From the NCBI RefSeq assembly GCF_009914755.1, contig NC_060934.1: a stretch of 64,000 nt of DNA, one strand, 5' to 3'. Shown here piece after piece: positions 15,219 to 30,860 of the stretch (positions within the stretch are counted from its first letter, which is position 1; every line of letters begins with the position of its first letter). The translations under genes were made by a program, and so were the position numbers. The notes under the pieces were generated by a model. The model saw nothing but the letters and a program-made list of their open reading frames with translations, did no database searches and was not told the DNA's origin. This stretch comes from the human T2T-CHM13v2.0 reference genome, Homo sapiens.

Positions 15219-16382
15219 ACTGAAGTCCTTTTAAGATCCCTTGCAGTTTTCTACATAGCCAATTATATCATACTGCAAATAGGGACAGTTTTATGTTTTC
15301 TTTTTCAATGTATATGCCTTTGATTTCCTTTCTTGCTTTATTGCATTTACTGTAGGAACTTTCAACACGAGGTTTGAATCAGAGTGACAGTGGACACCTT
15401 GCCTTGTTTCTAATCTTAGGGAGAAAGCATTCAGTCTTTTACCATTAAGTTTAGATGTAGGTTTTTGTAGATGTTCTTTATCAAGCTGATGAAGTTTTCT
15501 CTAGTCCTACTTTTCTGATCCTTTTTATCATAAGTAGGTGTTGAATTTTGTCAAATGCTTTTTCTGCATTGATTGATATGGTAGTGACTTCTTTTCCTTT
15601 AGTGTGTTAATTTGGTGGATTACATTGATATTTTGAATGGTTAACTAGCCTTGCATTCCTGAAATGAACTCCACTTGGTCGTGATATACAATTATTTTTA
15701 TGTATTGCTGAGTTCTATCTGGTAATATTTTGATAAGGATTTTTACATAAGTTTTCAAGAGAGATTTTGGTCTGTAATTTTCTTTTATACTGTCTTTGTG
15801 TGGTTTGAGTATCAAGGTAGTATTAGTTTCATAAAATAAATTGAGAAGTGTCCCCTCTTGTGTTTGCTGGAAGAGAAATTGTATAGAATTGGTGTTAATT
15901 CTTCTCTAAACATTTGGTAGAATTCTCCAATGAAAACCATCTGGACCTGGAGATTTCTTTTGGGGGAGTTTTAAAGCTATGATTCAGTTTCCTTAATATT
16001 TATAATTAAGGTCTATTCAAATTGTTTCATATTGTGTTTGCATTTTTTAAGGAATTTGTTCATTTTGTCTACATTGTCAAATTTATGTGTGGAAGTGTTC
16101 CCAGTATTATTTTCAGTATTAGTGGTGTCTGTAGTAATGTTCCCTATTTTATTCCTGATCTTGGTAATTTCTGTCTTTCTTTTCTTTATTGTCTGTCTTG
16201 CTACAGATTTGTGTTCTACTGATCTTCCCAAAGAAATAGGTCTTTGTTTCATTTTTTTTCCTGTTTTTTAAATTAATTGATTTCTTCTTTTATCTTTATT
16301 ATCTCTTCTGCTGCTTTTGGGCATGTTTTTTTGTCATTGTTTGGGGGTTTTTTTGTTTGTCTTTTTAGTGGTTGGTTGTTGG

Positions 16383-16683
16383 TTTTTTTTTTTTTTTTAT
16401 TAGACAAGGTCTCCCTCTGTCATCCAGGCTGGAGTGTAGTGGCACAATCATAGCTCACCACAGCCTTGTACTCCTGGACTCAAGCAATCCCATTTGCTGA
16501 GCCTCCTGGAGTAATTGGGACTACAGGTGTATGCCACCACACCTGGCTTTTTTTTTTTTTTTCTGTAGATATGGGGGTCTTACTATGTTGCCAGGCTAAT
16601 CTTAAACTCCTGGCCTCAAGTGGTCCTCCCACCTTGGCTTCCCAAATTGCTGGGATTACAGGCATGAGTTGCCCTGCCCAGCC
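16383..16683 (-). mobile_element. Alu (J-type)
   Basis: Diverged dimer. Confidence 0.9.
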
Positions 16684-17784
16684 TCAGTGTATCTTTTATT
16701 TATCTTGAAACTTCATCTTTAACTCATGTATTATTTAGAAGTGTATGTTTTAGTTTCCAGGTGTTTGAAGATTATTAGTATTTTTTCTGCCACTGATTTC
16801 TAGTTTGAGTCTATTGTGGTCAGAGAACACCTTCTGAATCATATCAGTTCTTTTAAGTTTGTTGAGGTTTGTTTTATGGCTCAGGATGTGGTCTTAGTAT
16901 ACATTCTCTTGGCACTTAAAAAGAATGTGCCTCGTCTGTTGTTGGGTCAGACGACCTATAAATACCTAATAGCTCCTGTTGGTTGGTTATGTTGAGTTCT
17001 ATCCTCTTGCTGATTTTATATCTAGTCATGTCAATTGTTGAGAAGGTATTAAAGTCTCTAACTATAGTCCTTAGTTGTCTATTTTCAATTCAGTTAGGCT
17101 TCATGTTTTGCAGCTGTGGTTCATGCATATTTAGGATTGCTGTGTCTTGTTGGGTTGACTCTTTTGTCATCATAATGTCCCTCTCTCTGGTAATTTTCTT
17201 TCCCTGTAATCTGTTTTATCTGATATTAATGCAGCCACTCATATTTTTCTTAACATTTACATATTTTTCCATCTTTTTACTTTCGGTCTCTCTATATTGT
17301 TATATGTAAAATGAGTTTCTTATAGACACCATATATTTAGGTAATGTTTTTTAATTCACTAGGGCAGTGTCTTTCAGTTGGTATGCTTAGACCGTTTACA
17401 TTTGATGTAATTAATACTTGAGTTTATGCCATTTGTTTTCTGTTCTTTTTTCCTGCCTTCTTGTGGGTTACTTGAATACTTTCAGTAATTTTGATTTTTA
17501 TCCAGTGTTTTCAAGTGTGTATCTTTGTATACCTTTTCCAGTGGTTGTTCTACATACGGTATCATGTATACACAACTTAGTTATCATTTTACCAATCTGA
17601 GTATAGTGCAGACACCTTACCTTCCCATACATTTCTTTACCTTCACCCATTTACGTCTTACATATTCTATCTCAGATTTAGAACGCCTTCAGACAGTTTA
17701 TCATTTTTGCTCAAACTCTCAAACATAATTTAGAATGCTCAACAAGAGAAAGTCTATTGTACTTACTGATAGGTTTCATTTATT

Positions 17785-17864
17785 GGGTCTCGAACTCCTG
17801 AGCTCAGTCCTCCCACCTCAGACTCACAAAGTGCTGGGATTACAAAGTGAGCCACTGAGCCCGG
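17785..17864 (-). mobile_element. Alu left-arm fragment
   Basis: tctcgaactcctgagctc...caaagtgctgggattaca. Confidence 0.8.
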
Positions 17865-18452
17865 ACTATTGTGTTTTTCTTCTTTCTGTTTCAGTGTTCC
17901 TGCTTTTATCATTTCTTTTCTCCTTAGAGAACTTCCTTAAGCCATTCTTTTAGGATAAAGCTACTGGTAACAAATTCTCTTCATTTTCTTTCATCTGAAA
18001 AGTCTTGATTTCCCATTCATTCCTGAAAGATATTTTCCTTGGATAAGTTTCTCAGGTAAGTTTTCTTTCAGAGCTTGAAAAATGTTTTGTCACTTTCTTC
18101 TGGCCTCCATGGTCTCTAATGAGAAATCTGTCTTTTTAAAGATACCTTACTGCCATGTAGCTCTTTGGGTCTCCAGGTTCCTAGTCAGCCCACCTCCTCC
18201 TTTCCCACTTTCAGAGTCACCTTATGTTTGTTTTATATATAAGTTCAGGGTTTTAGTTTACCTTAATAGAAGGAATTTTAAAAATTTCCCCCCCCATACA
18301 GGTAAGGGATTATTTTCCTCTTTCTGCTTTCAAGCTTTTAATTTTCAGAATTTTAAGATGTGTCTTGGTGTTTAGTCTCAGTTTACTCTGGGGCTCACTC
18401 AGCTTCTTGAATTAGTAGATTTATATCTCCTACCAAATTTGGAAGTTTCTAG

Positions 18453-18769
<317 letters not shown>

Positions 18770-19285
18770 TCAGCAGTCATTTTTTGAGTATTTCTCAGCC
18801 CTACCTTCTTTTGCCTTTCTGAAGTCATAGAATACTAGATCTTTTGTTGTAGTCCCACAGGTCCCTGAGACTATTCATTTATTAATTCATTTTCACTCTT
18901 GTTCAGATCAGGCGTTTCTGTGGTTCTATCTTCAAGTTTACTGATTGTTTCCTGTTTTCCCTCCATTATGCTAGTGAGTCTGCTATTGTGTTTTGTATTT
19001 TTGTTATACTTTTCAGTTTTAAAATACTCATTTGGTTCTTTATATCTTTTATTTCTTTAGGGAGACTCCCTATTCATTTGTTTCAAGCCTATTCATAATT
19101 GCTTGTTAACATATTGATGACTGCTTTACAATCTTTATAGATAAATGAACATTTTTGTCATCTTGATGTTGGGCGCTTGATTTTTTTTTTTCCGGCATTT
19201 GTTTGTGATCTTCCTGATTCTTGGTGCAATGAGTTATTGTCTACTGAGTTCTGTTGAAACTGGGATATCTTGGGTATTATGAGAC

Positions 19286-19577
19286 TTTTTTTTTTTTTTT
19301 TGATTGAGTCTCGTTCTGTTGCCCAGGCTAGAGTGCAGTGGCATGATCTCAGCTCACTGCAACCTCCGCCTCCTGGGTTCAAGCGATCCTTGTGCCTCAG
19401 CTTCCTGAGTAACTGGGATTATGGGCACGTGCCACCATGCCTGGCTAATTTTTGTATTTTCGTAGAGATGGGGTTCGCCATATTGGCCAGGCTGATCTTG
19501 AACTCATGACCTCAAGACGTCTGCCCACCTCAGCCTCCCAAAGTGCCGGGATTACAGGCGTGAGCCACCACACCCAG
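19286..19577 (-). mobile_element. Alu (S-type)
   Basis: Full dimer. Confidence 0.92.
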
Positions 19578-20274
19578 TCTCTGTATCGTATTTAAACTTC
19601 CTGTTTCAGCTGGCTTCCTCCGACACTGCTCTGGCTGCTTGTTTGTTACCGCCAGGTCGGGGGGTATATGTCCAGGTTCCCTACTCAGCCTCTGATATTC
19701 AACTCGGGGGCTCTTTCTGTTGGGTGAGGATGGGAGTTCCAGCTTCACAAGAGGCCTCAACTAATTGCTTTCTGGCTGACAGTGGTGAGTGCCTCATTAC
19801 AGCTCCCCATCTGGTCTCTAGTGACACGGGTGGAGAGAGGCCCGACTGAAGGAGAGGGTATTAGGAGGGAGTAGTTAGTAATGAATGGTGGTGGAAAGTC
19901 TGGACTCTCCACTATGCCTTTTCTGACACCACCTTGGTCGGGGTGGTGGCACCTCATTGTTGCCAGGTGGAAATCCGGGTTCCCCATGTGGCCTCCGTAG
20001 GGAGGGATCTCATCCTCCTCCCACTTCAGGGATAAAGTGCTGGCACCCTATTCGCTTGGCCTTCTCTGATACCACACCTGTGAGCAGGTTGGGGCACCTC
20101 ATTTGTAGCCTTGTGAGGGTGGAAATCTTGGCCCCACACTCTCCCTTTGTGGGTGGGAGTGGGGCCACAGTTTTGTCTGTGGTGTTTGGAGTAGAGCAGT
20201 TAATGTTAAGTTTTCTGTCTTGCTGGTCTGCCTCTTTTCTCATCCTTTGGCTAGACAGAGCAGGTTTTAAATTT

Positions 20275-20442
20275 TTTCTTTTAAATGATGAGGGTCTCAC
20301 TGTGTTGGCCAGGCTGGAGTGCAGTGGCTGTTCACAGGCACTATCATAGCTCGCTACAGCCTTGAGCTCCTGAGCTCCAGTGTTCCTCCCTCCTCAGCCT
20401 CAGAAGTAGCTGGGACTGCAGGTGCCCACCACGACACCCGGC
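20275..20442 (-). mobile_element. FAM (fossil Alu monomer)
   Basis: Retains the 7SL-like segment gtggctgttcacaggc absent from dimeric Alu. Confidence 0.75.
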
Positions 20443-20797
20443 TAGAGAGCAGGGCTTTTCTTGTTGGAGCTTTTATCATCTCTGCCTTTTGGTGTTTCTG
20501 GGTTGCTGGCTTCTCCAGCACCCAGTCTGGTATATATGAGGCAAAAAGAAAACCCAGACATCTTATTGCCATGTCACTCTTTGGGTCTCCAGGTTCCCAG
20601 TCAGCCCACCTCCTCCTTTCCCACTTTGAGTCACCGTATGTTTGTTTTATATATAAGTTCAGGGTTTTAGTTTACCTTAATAGGAGGAATAAGGAAAAGT
20701 ACATCTACTTGATCTTATCTGAAGTAGTCCCAAATCTAGTATTTAAATGGAAAAGTTATTGCCAAATTCTAACATTGCTCTTCTTTGTTCTTAATAG

Positions 20798-20942
20798 AAG
20801 CCTGGAAATAATGTACGTCCTGCAAAATCAAAAAAACTAAACAAGTTGGTCGAGAATTCCTTGTCCATAAGTAATCCAGGGCTCTTCACCTCCTTAGGAC
20901 CTCCTCTTCGGTCCACAACTTGCCATCGCTGTGGCCTATTTG
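20798..20942 (+). CDS. TDRD1: TDRD1 exon 4 (start of MYND finger)
   Basis: ttaatag|AAG CCT...TTT G|gtaagc; KPGNNVRP...CHRCGLF. Confidence 0.95.
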
Positions 20943-21149
20943 GTAAGCATATTGTTCTTGGGTGTCTGAATTCTTCTTCCACATATTTGAAAAACATTTT
21001 TATTGTGGCAGATGATGAAACATTAAGTGTAATTAGAACAGTGTCCCCATGCCACACACCCGTCTCAGCCTCAGCAGCTGTCAGCATCCTGCTGTTCCTC
21101 TTCACCCATCCCTTCCCATTCTTCCTGCTTCCTCAGCGGATTATTATAG

Positions 21150-21935
21150 TTTTTTAGGGGAAGCTCACATGCAATGAAATGCACAGACTTACATCCTTGT
21201 CATAACATAGGATGTTTCTGTCTCCTCAGGAAGTTTTCTCATGTCCCATCCCAGTCCCTACTTCTGAGAAACAACCATTGGTTTTCTACTCATGAAATAA
21301 TTTTGCCTGTCATAGAATTCACATAAGTGGAATCATACAGCGTGGACTCTTTTGTATCAAGCTTATTTCATATACAATAATACTGTTGAGGTTAATCCAT
21401 GCCGTTGCACGTACAATTATTTTTTGTTTATTGCTGAATAGTATCTCATTGTATGGTTATACCATAGTCAAACTGTTCTATTGATGAATATTTTGGCTGG
21501 GTCCAGCTTTTGTCTGTTATGAATAGAGCTCTCTAAACATTTCTGTACAAGTGTTCGTGTGGACATATGTTTTCATTTATTGTGGGTGCACAGGTAGACA
21601 CACAATGGCTGAGTCAAAGGGTAGGTGTGTGTTTAACTGTATAAGAAGCTACTAAACCATTTTCAAGGTATTGTCCCATTTTCTTTTCCCACTGGGAAGG
21701 AGTTTTGGTTGTTCCACATCCTCGTCCACATTTGGTGTTTGTGTTTTTAATTATAGCCCTTCTCGTGGATAAGTTGGAATTGTCATATGCCTCTTGAGTT
21801 CTAATTTTTCAGTACGTAAGTCTTACTTGCATGGCATTTACCAGTTTACAGTTAAATTTGCAGTGCTCTCGTGATCAATGATCTTGAGCAGTTTTTTCTG
21901 TTTATTACTGGCTATTTGGATATGTAACTTTTTAA
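21150..21935 (-). mobile_element. Old L1 3' fragment
   Basis: gtggaatcatacag, ttgtatggttataccat, gttccacatcctcgtccaca motifs. Confidence 0.7.
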
Positions 21936-22209
21936 AAGTTTATTTTAGGATGGAAGCATTTGAGGCCAGACTGGTTGGTGGTTACTTCTTTGTGGGTTTG
22001 TTGTTGTTGTTGTTGTTTTTTAGATAACCTGTTTCTTTAGCATGAACACTGATGGGATTTTTTAAAAAATCCTTTATTTCAAGATCTCCCTGGGTTTTTC
22101 TGGGTGTGATTCTCATTGTTTATTTTTTGTTGTTGTTTTTCACGATACACAGCCATTTCAGTCGCTTGTACAAGTCTGTTTTCACTACAAGAAAGTTTTG
22201 TTTACTTTG

Positions 22210-22445
22210 CTTGATCTTGGCTCACTGGCACTCTGCCTCCTGGGTTCAGGCGATTCTCCTGCCTCAGCCTTCCAAGTAACTGGGACTACAGGTGCGCACC
22301 ACCACACTGGGCTTATTTTTGTATTTTTGTAGAGACGGGGTTTCACCATGTTGGCCAGGCTGGTCTCAAACTCCTGACCTCACCTCAAGTGATCCACCCG
22401 CCTTGGTCTCCCAAAGTGCTGGGATTACAGGCGTGAGCCACTGCA
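22210..22445 (-). mobile_element. Alu lacking tail end
   Basis: Dimer missing its 3' end. Confidence 0.88.
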
Positions 22446-22471
22446 TGTTTTGCACCATTGCTTGCTGCTGC

Positions 22472-22780
22472 CTTTTTTTTTTTTTTTTTTTTTTTTGAGA
22501 CAGAGTCTCACTCTGTCACCCAGGCTGTGGAGTGCAGTGGTACAATCTCAGCTCACTGCAACCTCTGCCTCCCGGGTTCGAGATTCTCCTGCTTCAGCCT
22601 CCTGAGTAGCTGGGATTACAGGTGCCCGTCACCATGCCTGGCTAATTTTTGTATTTTTACTAGAGACAAGGTTTCAAACCATGTTGGCCAGGCTGGTCTC
22701 GAACTCCTGACCTCAGGTGATTCACCTGCCTCAGCCGCCCAAAGTGCTGGGATTACAGACGTGAGCCACTGCACCTGGCC
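22472..22780 (-). mobile_element. Alu (S-type)
   Basis: Full dimer; TSD gcttgctgct. Confidence 0.93.
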
Positions 22781-23034
22781 GCTTGCTGCTTTTATAACAT
22801 ATATTCTGAGGTCTATTAGGAAACTCAGTTATGTGTCCCAGTCTGATCTCCCTTTTTTTAATCTTTGTAGTCATTTCTTCTCTGTATTCTCAGAGTTTAA
22901 AAGTATAATCTGAACACCTGATCCTAAATAGCACAATTCTCTTGCCATGGCTAATAGAATGATATTTGCTAAAGTGTGGACTTTGAGAATGTCTTGATCT
23001 TCATCTGAACTATTTTGTGGGTGGTGTTTTCTAG

Positions 23035-23140
23035 GATCGCTGAGGTGCTCTCAGTGCAAGCAGACCTACTATTGCTCCACAGCATGTCAAAGAAGAGACT
23101 GGTCTGCACACAGCATCGTGTGCAGGCCTGTTCAGCCAAA
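23035..23140 (+). CDS. TDRD1: TDRD1 exon 5 (MYND zinc finger)
   Basis: ttctag|GA TCG...CCA AA|gtaagg; SLRCSQCKQTYYCSTACQRRDWSAHSIVC. Confidence 0.96.
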
Positions 23141-23862
23141 GTAAGGATTTATGATCTTTTTATTCATTAAGGATTATGTAAAAGGTTCTGATACAATAAG
23201 CGTCCAATTAGTTAAGCAGACCACAACCAAGTAGAAGTTACTTTTTCTTAAGCTCTATAACAAAGTGTACAAATCTGAAGTGAACAGCTCTATGAACTTA
23301 ATTTTCATGTGTATCATTTTACCAGGTAGTACATGTGAAGATTTATAACCTTCAAAGAGTTTTTCTTTCATGTTTAGAGCTTTAGAATGCCTTACTTTTA
23401 ATGATGTGTACTTTCCTGGATTTTAATAAGTTTGGAACTCTTACATGCCTCTTGAGTTGTGTTTTTATTTGTAAATACATAAATTGTACTTGCATGGCAT
23501 TTACCAGTTTACAAAACAGTTTCACATATGACCTCAAAATTCTGTGTAAGTAATGTAGGGAATTATCTCCATTTTACAGATAAGAAAACAGGCTTGGAGA
23601 TATTCTCTCTGTCTGTCTCCCCCCAACCCTGTCTCTGTCTGTCTCATTAGGTGGCTTTTGGAAGAAGCACACCTGTGCACACACAGGGTGTGGACCACTG
23701 TGTAGCCAGCACTGGGGAGTTTTACATTACCACTGTGATTCTGGAAGAAGCTGTTTTGCTCTTTCAGGATTTTGTTCATTGAGAATACCATAATTGTGGT
23801 TGATAGCCCCTATGTTAATTGCCTCTGTAGTATAAATATTGTAATCTGTTGCTTTATTGCAG

Positions 23863-23923
23863 TTTCCACAAACTTGAAAATAAATCATCTATTGAAACAA
23901 AGGATGTGGAGGTAAACAATAAG
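23863..23923 (+). CDS. TDRD1: TDRD1 exon 6
   Basis: ttgcag|T TTC CAC...AAT AAG|gtatgg; FHKLENKSSIETKDVEVNNK. Confidence 0.92.
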
Positions 23924-24696
23924 GTATGGTATACTTTGTCTTTAAATTTTGAATAACTCCTCTTTATTGAATTAAGATGTAAGATAAATATTTTAGGCTT
24001 ATTTCTGTATTTTATCAATATTTAAAGGCAAGTTTCCTATTATATAAATATGTACACCATAGTGATACAATCAGGGGTTTTTGAGAATTACTTCATCTTT
24101 TTTTCAAAAAGGATGTGGCAGTATCTCAGTGTAAAATCATGTGGATTAATCATGCCTCTGAAGGCACAGGTTTTAGCTTTATGTGCTGTACTCTAATAGG
24201 GCCTAGTTATCTATCTAAGGAGGATTTTTTTTCTGATAGTAGTTCCCCATTTAGGCAACAACATGGGCTGAATTATTTGTAATCCGAAAAACATCCGTCG
24301 TGTCCAACTCGTATTTATGAATAATTTTTAGCTTTCTTTAACTGCTTCTAGCCTCTACTTAAAAAAATGTGACTTCAGGTATTCATTCTTACAGAAAACA
24401 TTAACAAGTGCAGATTTAAAATAATACCTCCACCACCACCATTTTCATTTTTTTTGAAATAAAGTCAACCTTCTCTTCACCCACGTGGCCTTATTCTTGG
24501 GTTATTCCCAGTGCTGTGCCCACTGCCTGTGGACAGTGGGTTTTAGTGACTCTTGGAGGCCTTCCCTATTTCTGTGTTCTTTTGTTCAAGCCTAAGAGTT
24601 AGGATATTGTGACTGCAGTTCCGACGTGTAGTGGCCATAGAATCATTGAAACATGTGCTTTTAAGTAACTCACTTCTGTGGTATTTTTCAAACCAG

Positions 24697-24801
24697 AGTG
24701 ACTGTCCACTTGGAGTTACTAAGGAAATAGCCATTTGGGCTGAGAGAATAATGTTTTCTGATTTGAGAAGTCTACAACTCAAGAAAACCATGGAAATAAA
24801 G
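24697..24801 (+). CDS. TDRD1: TDRD1 exon 7
   Basis: accag|AGT GAC...ATA AAG|gtattt; SDCPLG...TMEIK. Confidence 0.93.
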
Positions 24802-25012
24802 GTATTTGTTTTTCTTCAATCTCCATAGACACAGATCCAGAGAACTGTATTTATTCTCGTTTCCTATTTTTGAGTTCATGCGGTAGCTACAAAACATAAA
24901 CATTGCAAAAACTGCCTACAATGCTGTTTGTGTCTTAGTTACAAAGCTTTAAGAAATTTACATTTCCTTGTGTGCCTTATGAATTATTCCTCTTTTTTTT
25001 TATCTTTGAAAG

Positions 25013-25192
25013 GGTACGGTTACCGAATTCAAACACCCAGGGGACTTCTACGTGCAGTTATATTCTTCAGAAGTTTTAGAATACATGAACCAACTCTCTG
25101 CCAGCTTAAAAGAAACATATGCAAATGTGCATGAAAAAGACTATATTCCTGTTAAGGGGGAAGTTTGTATTGCCAAGTACACTGTTGATCAG
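25013..25192 (+). CDS. TDRD1: TDRD1 exon 8 (extended Tudor 1, N-part)
   Basis: gaaag|GGT ACG...GAT CAG|gtaacc; GTVTEFKHPGDFYVQL...CIAKYTVDQ. Confidence 0.95.
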
Positions 25193-25697
25193 GTAACCTG
25201 TAATGAAATGAATTATTTAAAACGTTTGAGCTAACTTTGGTCGTATGAACTGAACACCAGAGCTTTTAATGATGCATGACAAGGCTTAAAGCCAGCCTCT
25301 GATCACGCTTCTATTCCTCTTCAGTATCCCGTGCTCTGTTCACCTTGCTTCCTCCCTGTCTTACTCCTCTCCAACTCTGTTTACGGGTTCCTGAATTGCT
25401 AGTTGTAGCCTGATGGCTAGTCTTAGAGCTTGTGTTTTATTTAGGTATTAGTGTGTGATAGTCTCATGGGATAGAAGTAGCTTTGGAATAGTTGTGCATA
25501 TTATTAATAACATGTCCTAACTAGACAATTTTAGGGATTTCTTAGCAAGATTCTTAAAAAATTAAGTTGGCTTATTAATTGAGTGCCTCAGAACAGGAGC
25601 CTTTCCTTTGCACGTTCTATAGATTGATTGAGGGTTTTTTAATCTAAGATTGTGAAATGCTGTTATGAAGCAGAGTACCATTATATTTCACTTTCAG

Positions 25698-25841
25698 ACC
25701 TGGAACAGAGCAATCATACAAAACGTTGATGTGCAGCAAAAGAAGGCACATGTCTTATATATTGATTATGGAAATGAAGAAATAATTCCATTAAACAGAA
25801 TTTACCACCTCAACAGGAACATTGACTTGTTTCCTCCTTGT
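25698..25841 (+). CDS. TDRD1: TDRD1 exon 9 (Tudor 1 core)
   Basis: tttcag|ACC TGG AAC...CCT TGT|gtgagt; TWNRA...LYIDYGNEE. Confidence 0.96.
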
Positions 25842-26346
25842 GTGAGTCTCTTTTACTTTCTAGATTTTTAATAGTGTCCCAAAGGAGCTGTTGTCAATGT
25901 TTTGATGGGCACAGTGTTTGCTTGTTCTATTCTGCTGTGTTACTGTACCTGTACTATGTAAATAAACACTCATGGGCTATCTTGACCTTATTTAGTTAAC
26001 TACTGCCCAGGGTGAGAAACTAACATTTTTAGGCACATGTTTTCAATTTGCTCTTCAAAATAATCATTTCTATATTATAGTATCTAAAATTGGTCTTAAT
26101 TTATGTATAATTGAAGGATAATTATTCTTTCATAAATTTCTCCAGCTTCAAGTACCAAAAGTAAGCGTTATGAATACAGTACTAACAGAGGCTAATAATA
26201 ATTATACAGAAAATTGTCTATCTGATTAGTACTTGAAGATTTGTGATAAGTTTTCAGCATGAAATACATTCTTTTATATACAAATAATTAGAAAAAATCA
26301 TTTTTAAATGGTAATTTTTGTAAGTAACCTGCGTAAAATTTTTCAG

Positions 26347-26518
26347 GCCATAAAGTGCTTTGTAGCCAATGTTATCCCAGCAGAAGGGAATTGGAGCAGT
26401 GATTGTATCAAAGCTACTAAACCACTGTTAATGGAGCAGTACTGCTCCATAAAGATTGTCGACATCTTGGAAGAGGAAGTGGTTACCTTTGCTGTAGAAG
26501 TTGAGCTGCCAAATTCAG
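26347..26518 (+). CDS. TDRD1: TDRD1 exon 10
   Basis: tttcag|GCC ATA...TCA G|gtaaga; AIKCFVANV...VELPNS. Confidence 0.95.
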
Positions 26519-27307
26519 GTAAGATCTGTCTTTTTAAATTGAGTACTTAATAGGATATGTAGTTTCCACCTGTTACTCAGAAGAAACGGAAACATCAAGT
26601 GAGGCCAGGTAAACTGCCCTCTGGAGTCATTCAGATTGTGACTGAACCCATTCTTGAAATTGGCAGTTTGTCAAAGACATGACACAAATTCATAGAATTA
26701 GGTGGCTGGCTAGATTTAGACTTCATGTGGGTGTAACTACGATCCCTTTAATAGAGCCATTATAATATCTACTCCTGAATATTGGCCCCTTTATTGAGAA
26801 AATTCTTGAAGTTCTCTGAATTAGTTTGTCCTTATATCAGTGCTTTTTCTTGGAGTAACCTTCACGGAACTGCATTTGGCTAGTACATAGTAGCTAAGCT
26901 GTGGAAATGGAAATGCTTTAGAATTCTCTTCTTCCCTTCTGGCCTTTCACCTGTTTGATAAATGACTTCTCACAGTGTGATGGGTGCCTCCCAGTTTCCA
27001 GGGTATCACCCCTCTGCTTTCAGAGATCTGGCATCATGGCTGATTTGGTAGAAAATCGGCTAATCTCTTGTGAAGTTAAGTAAAAATCTGTTGTTTGCTA
27101 TGTTTCATGTTACAATCTCAGCTTTTGCATATTATTTCAGGGAACTTGAAGTTTGGGTCCATGCTGACCATTCTTTCAGCCATACTTATGTCTTAAATTA
27201 ATTTCCCACAAACAGTAGTCATTCTAAGCATATTTGTGAGGTGGTAAACAAATCTTTCGTGTTCTTCAGGATTTCAAAGTGAGATCTTTTTGTTAAAATT
27301 TCTGTCA

Positions 27308-27645
27308 AATAGAGGGTAGAATGGTTACCAGAGGCCGGGAAGGGTAGTCAGGGGCTGGGAGTAGGTGGGGATGGTTAATGGGTACAAAACAAAAAATAGT
27401 TAAAAAGACTGAATAAGACCTACTATTCGATAGCACAATAGGGTGACTGTAGTCAATAATAATTGTACATTTTAAAGTAACTTAGACTGTAATTGGATGA
27501 TTTGTAACTCAAAGGATGCTTGAGGGGATGGTTACCTCCTCTGTGGTGTGTTTATTTCACATGGCATGCCTGTTTCAAAACATCTCATGTAACCTATAAA
27601 TATGTACACCTACTATGTACTCACAAAAATTTTAAAAATTGTATT
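27308..27645 (+). mobile_element. 5'-truncated L1MA-type 3' end
   Basis: agaatggttaccagaggc...gatagcacaatagggtgac...cacctactatgtac; TSD ttctgtcaa on both sides. Confidence 0.85.
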
Positions 27646-27868
27646 TCAGAGAAAAAATTCTGTCAAGTGACTACAGTAATTTTGCCTCAGTGTTTTAAGC
27701 TGGGCACTACCATAGCTTACCCATAGGAACTGAATTGGCAAAACATATACCAACCTATTAATAGCTATGAACGTGTGTTGTATGATTGACTTGTTTCTTC
27801 TTTACGCTTTTCCCATAATTCTTTGTATAGTTTCTCAATGGAGGCATATTTTCTTAATCACTTTTTAG

Positions 27869-27955
27869 GAAAACTTTTAGACCATGTGCTTATAGAAATG
27901 GGATATGGCTTGAAACCCAGTGGACAAGATTCTAAGAAGGAAAATGCAGATCAAA
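27869..27955 (+). CDS. TDRD1: TDRD1 exon 11
   Basis: ttttag|GA AAA...CAA A|gtgagt; KLLDHVLIEMGYG...ADQ. Confidence 0.94.
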
Positions 27956-28232
27956 GTGAGTATAGATTGATATTGAACGGTATAGCGACTTCAGTTATTG
28001 AAGACCATCTACCTACTAAACAAAGGCACAACTTTAGCACTGTTAAGACTTGTTAACGATAAACATCCTATGAGCAATTTAAATACGCTGTTTTATATTT
28101 AGTAGTATATCATTTCTAATCTCAATCTTTCCTGCCTGTTCTCCTCCTCTGTCCATTTTCCACATGAATCCTTAACATGGTAATCATCAGAGATTATGAA
28201 GTATTAAATATCATAACACTTTAGAGTTAGGG

Positions 28233-28540
<308 letters not shown>

Positions 28541-28889
28541 AAGTTAGGGCTTTTTAGCTCACATTTTCTTAGTTTGTTTTTCTTCCTTCTTGGGTATTCC
28601 ACCAGTAATTAATAGGGCTGCAAAATTCTGTTCCAGTAGGACAGTGTTTCTGATGACTGTTTACTCCTGTAAAAGCTTGTGTGTGTGGTTTATTTAGATT
28701 AACAAGAGAACCAAGAAATTTTGCTTTCAGCATTTTACTTCCTCATTGCCTAATCACCTGTGTTTGTATTATCTTTTTGATCCTTTACTTTGCTCCTGTA
28801 CTGATTGCTTTAGGAGTAGATATAATTCATTGTCTCTTACTCATTCATCCAGAGGTGATTGCTAGAGTAACAGTGCCGTGGTTGGACAC

Positions 28890-30703
<1,814 letters not shown>

Positions 30704-30719
30704 AGATATAATTTTTAAA

Positions 30720-30860
30720 AGCTGGCACAGCTACTCAGGAGGCTGAGGTGGGAGGAGGGCTTGGAGACCAGGAGTTTGAGGCCCCAGTATGCCATGATTG
30801 TACCTGTTAATAGCCACCACACTCCAGCATGGGCAACATAGCAAGACCTCTTAAAAAAAC
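30720..30860 (+). mobile_element. FAM (fossil Alu monomer)
   Basis: cctgttaatagccaccacactccagc 7SL-like 3' segment. Confidence 0.72.

Noticed and set aside
16013-16252. ORF resembling L1 ORF2p
   Set aside because: Short degraded remnant of the ancient L1; not an intact retrotransposon gene
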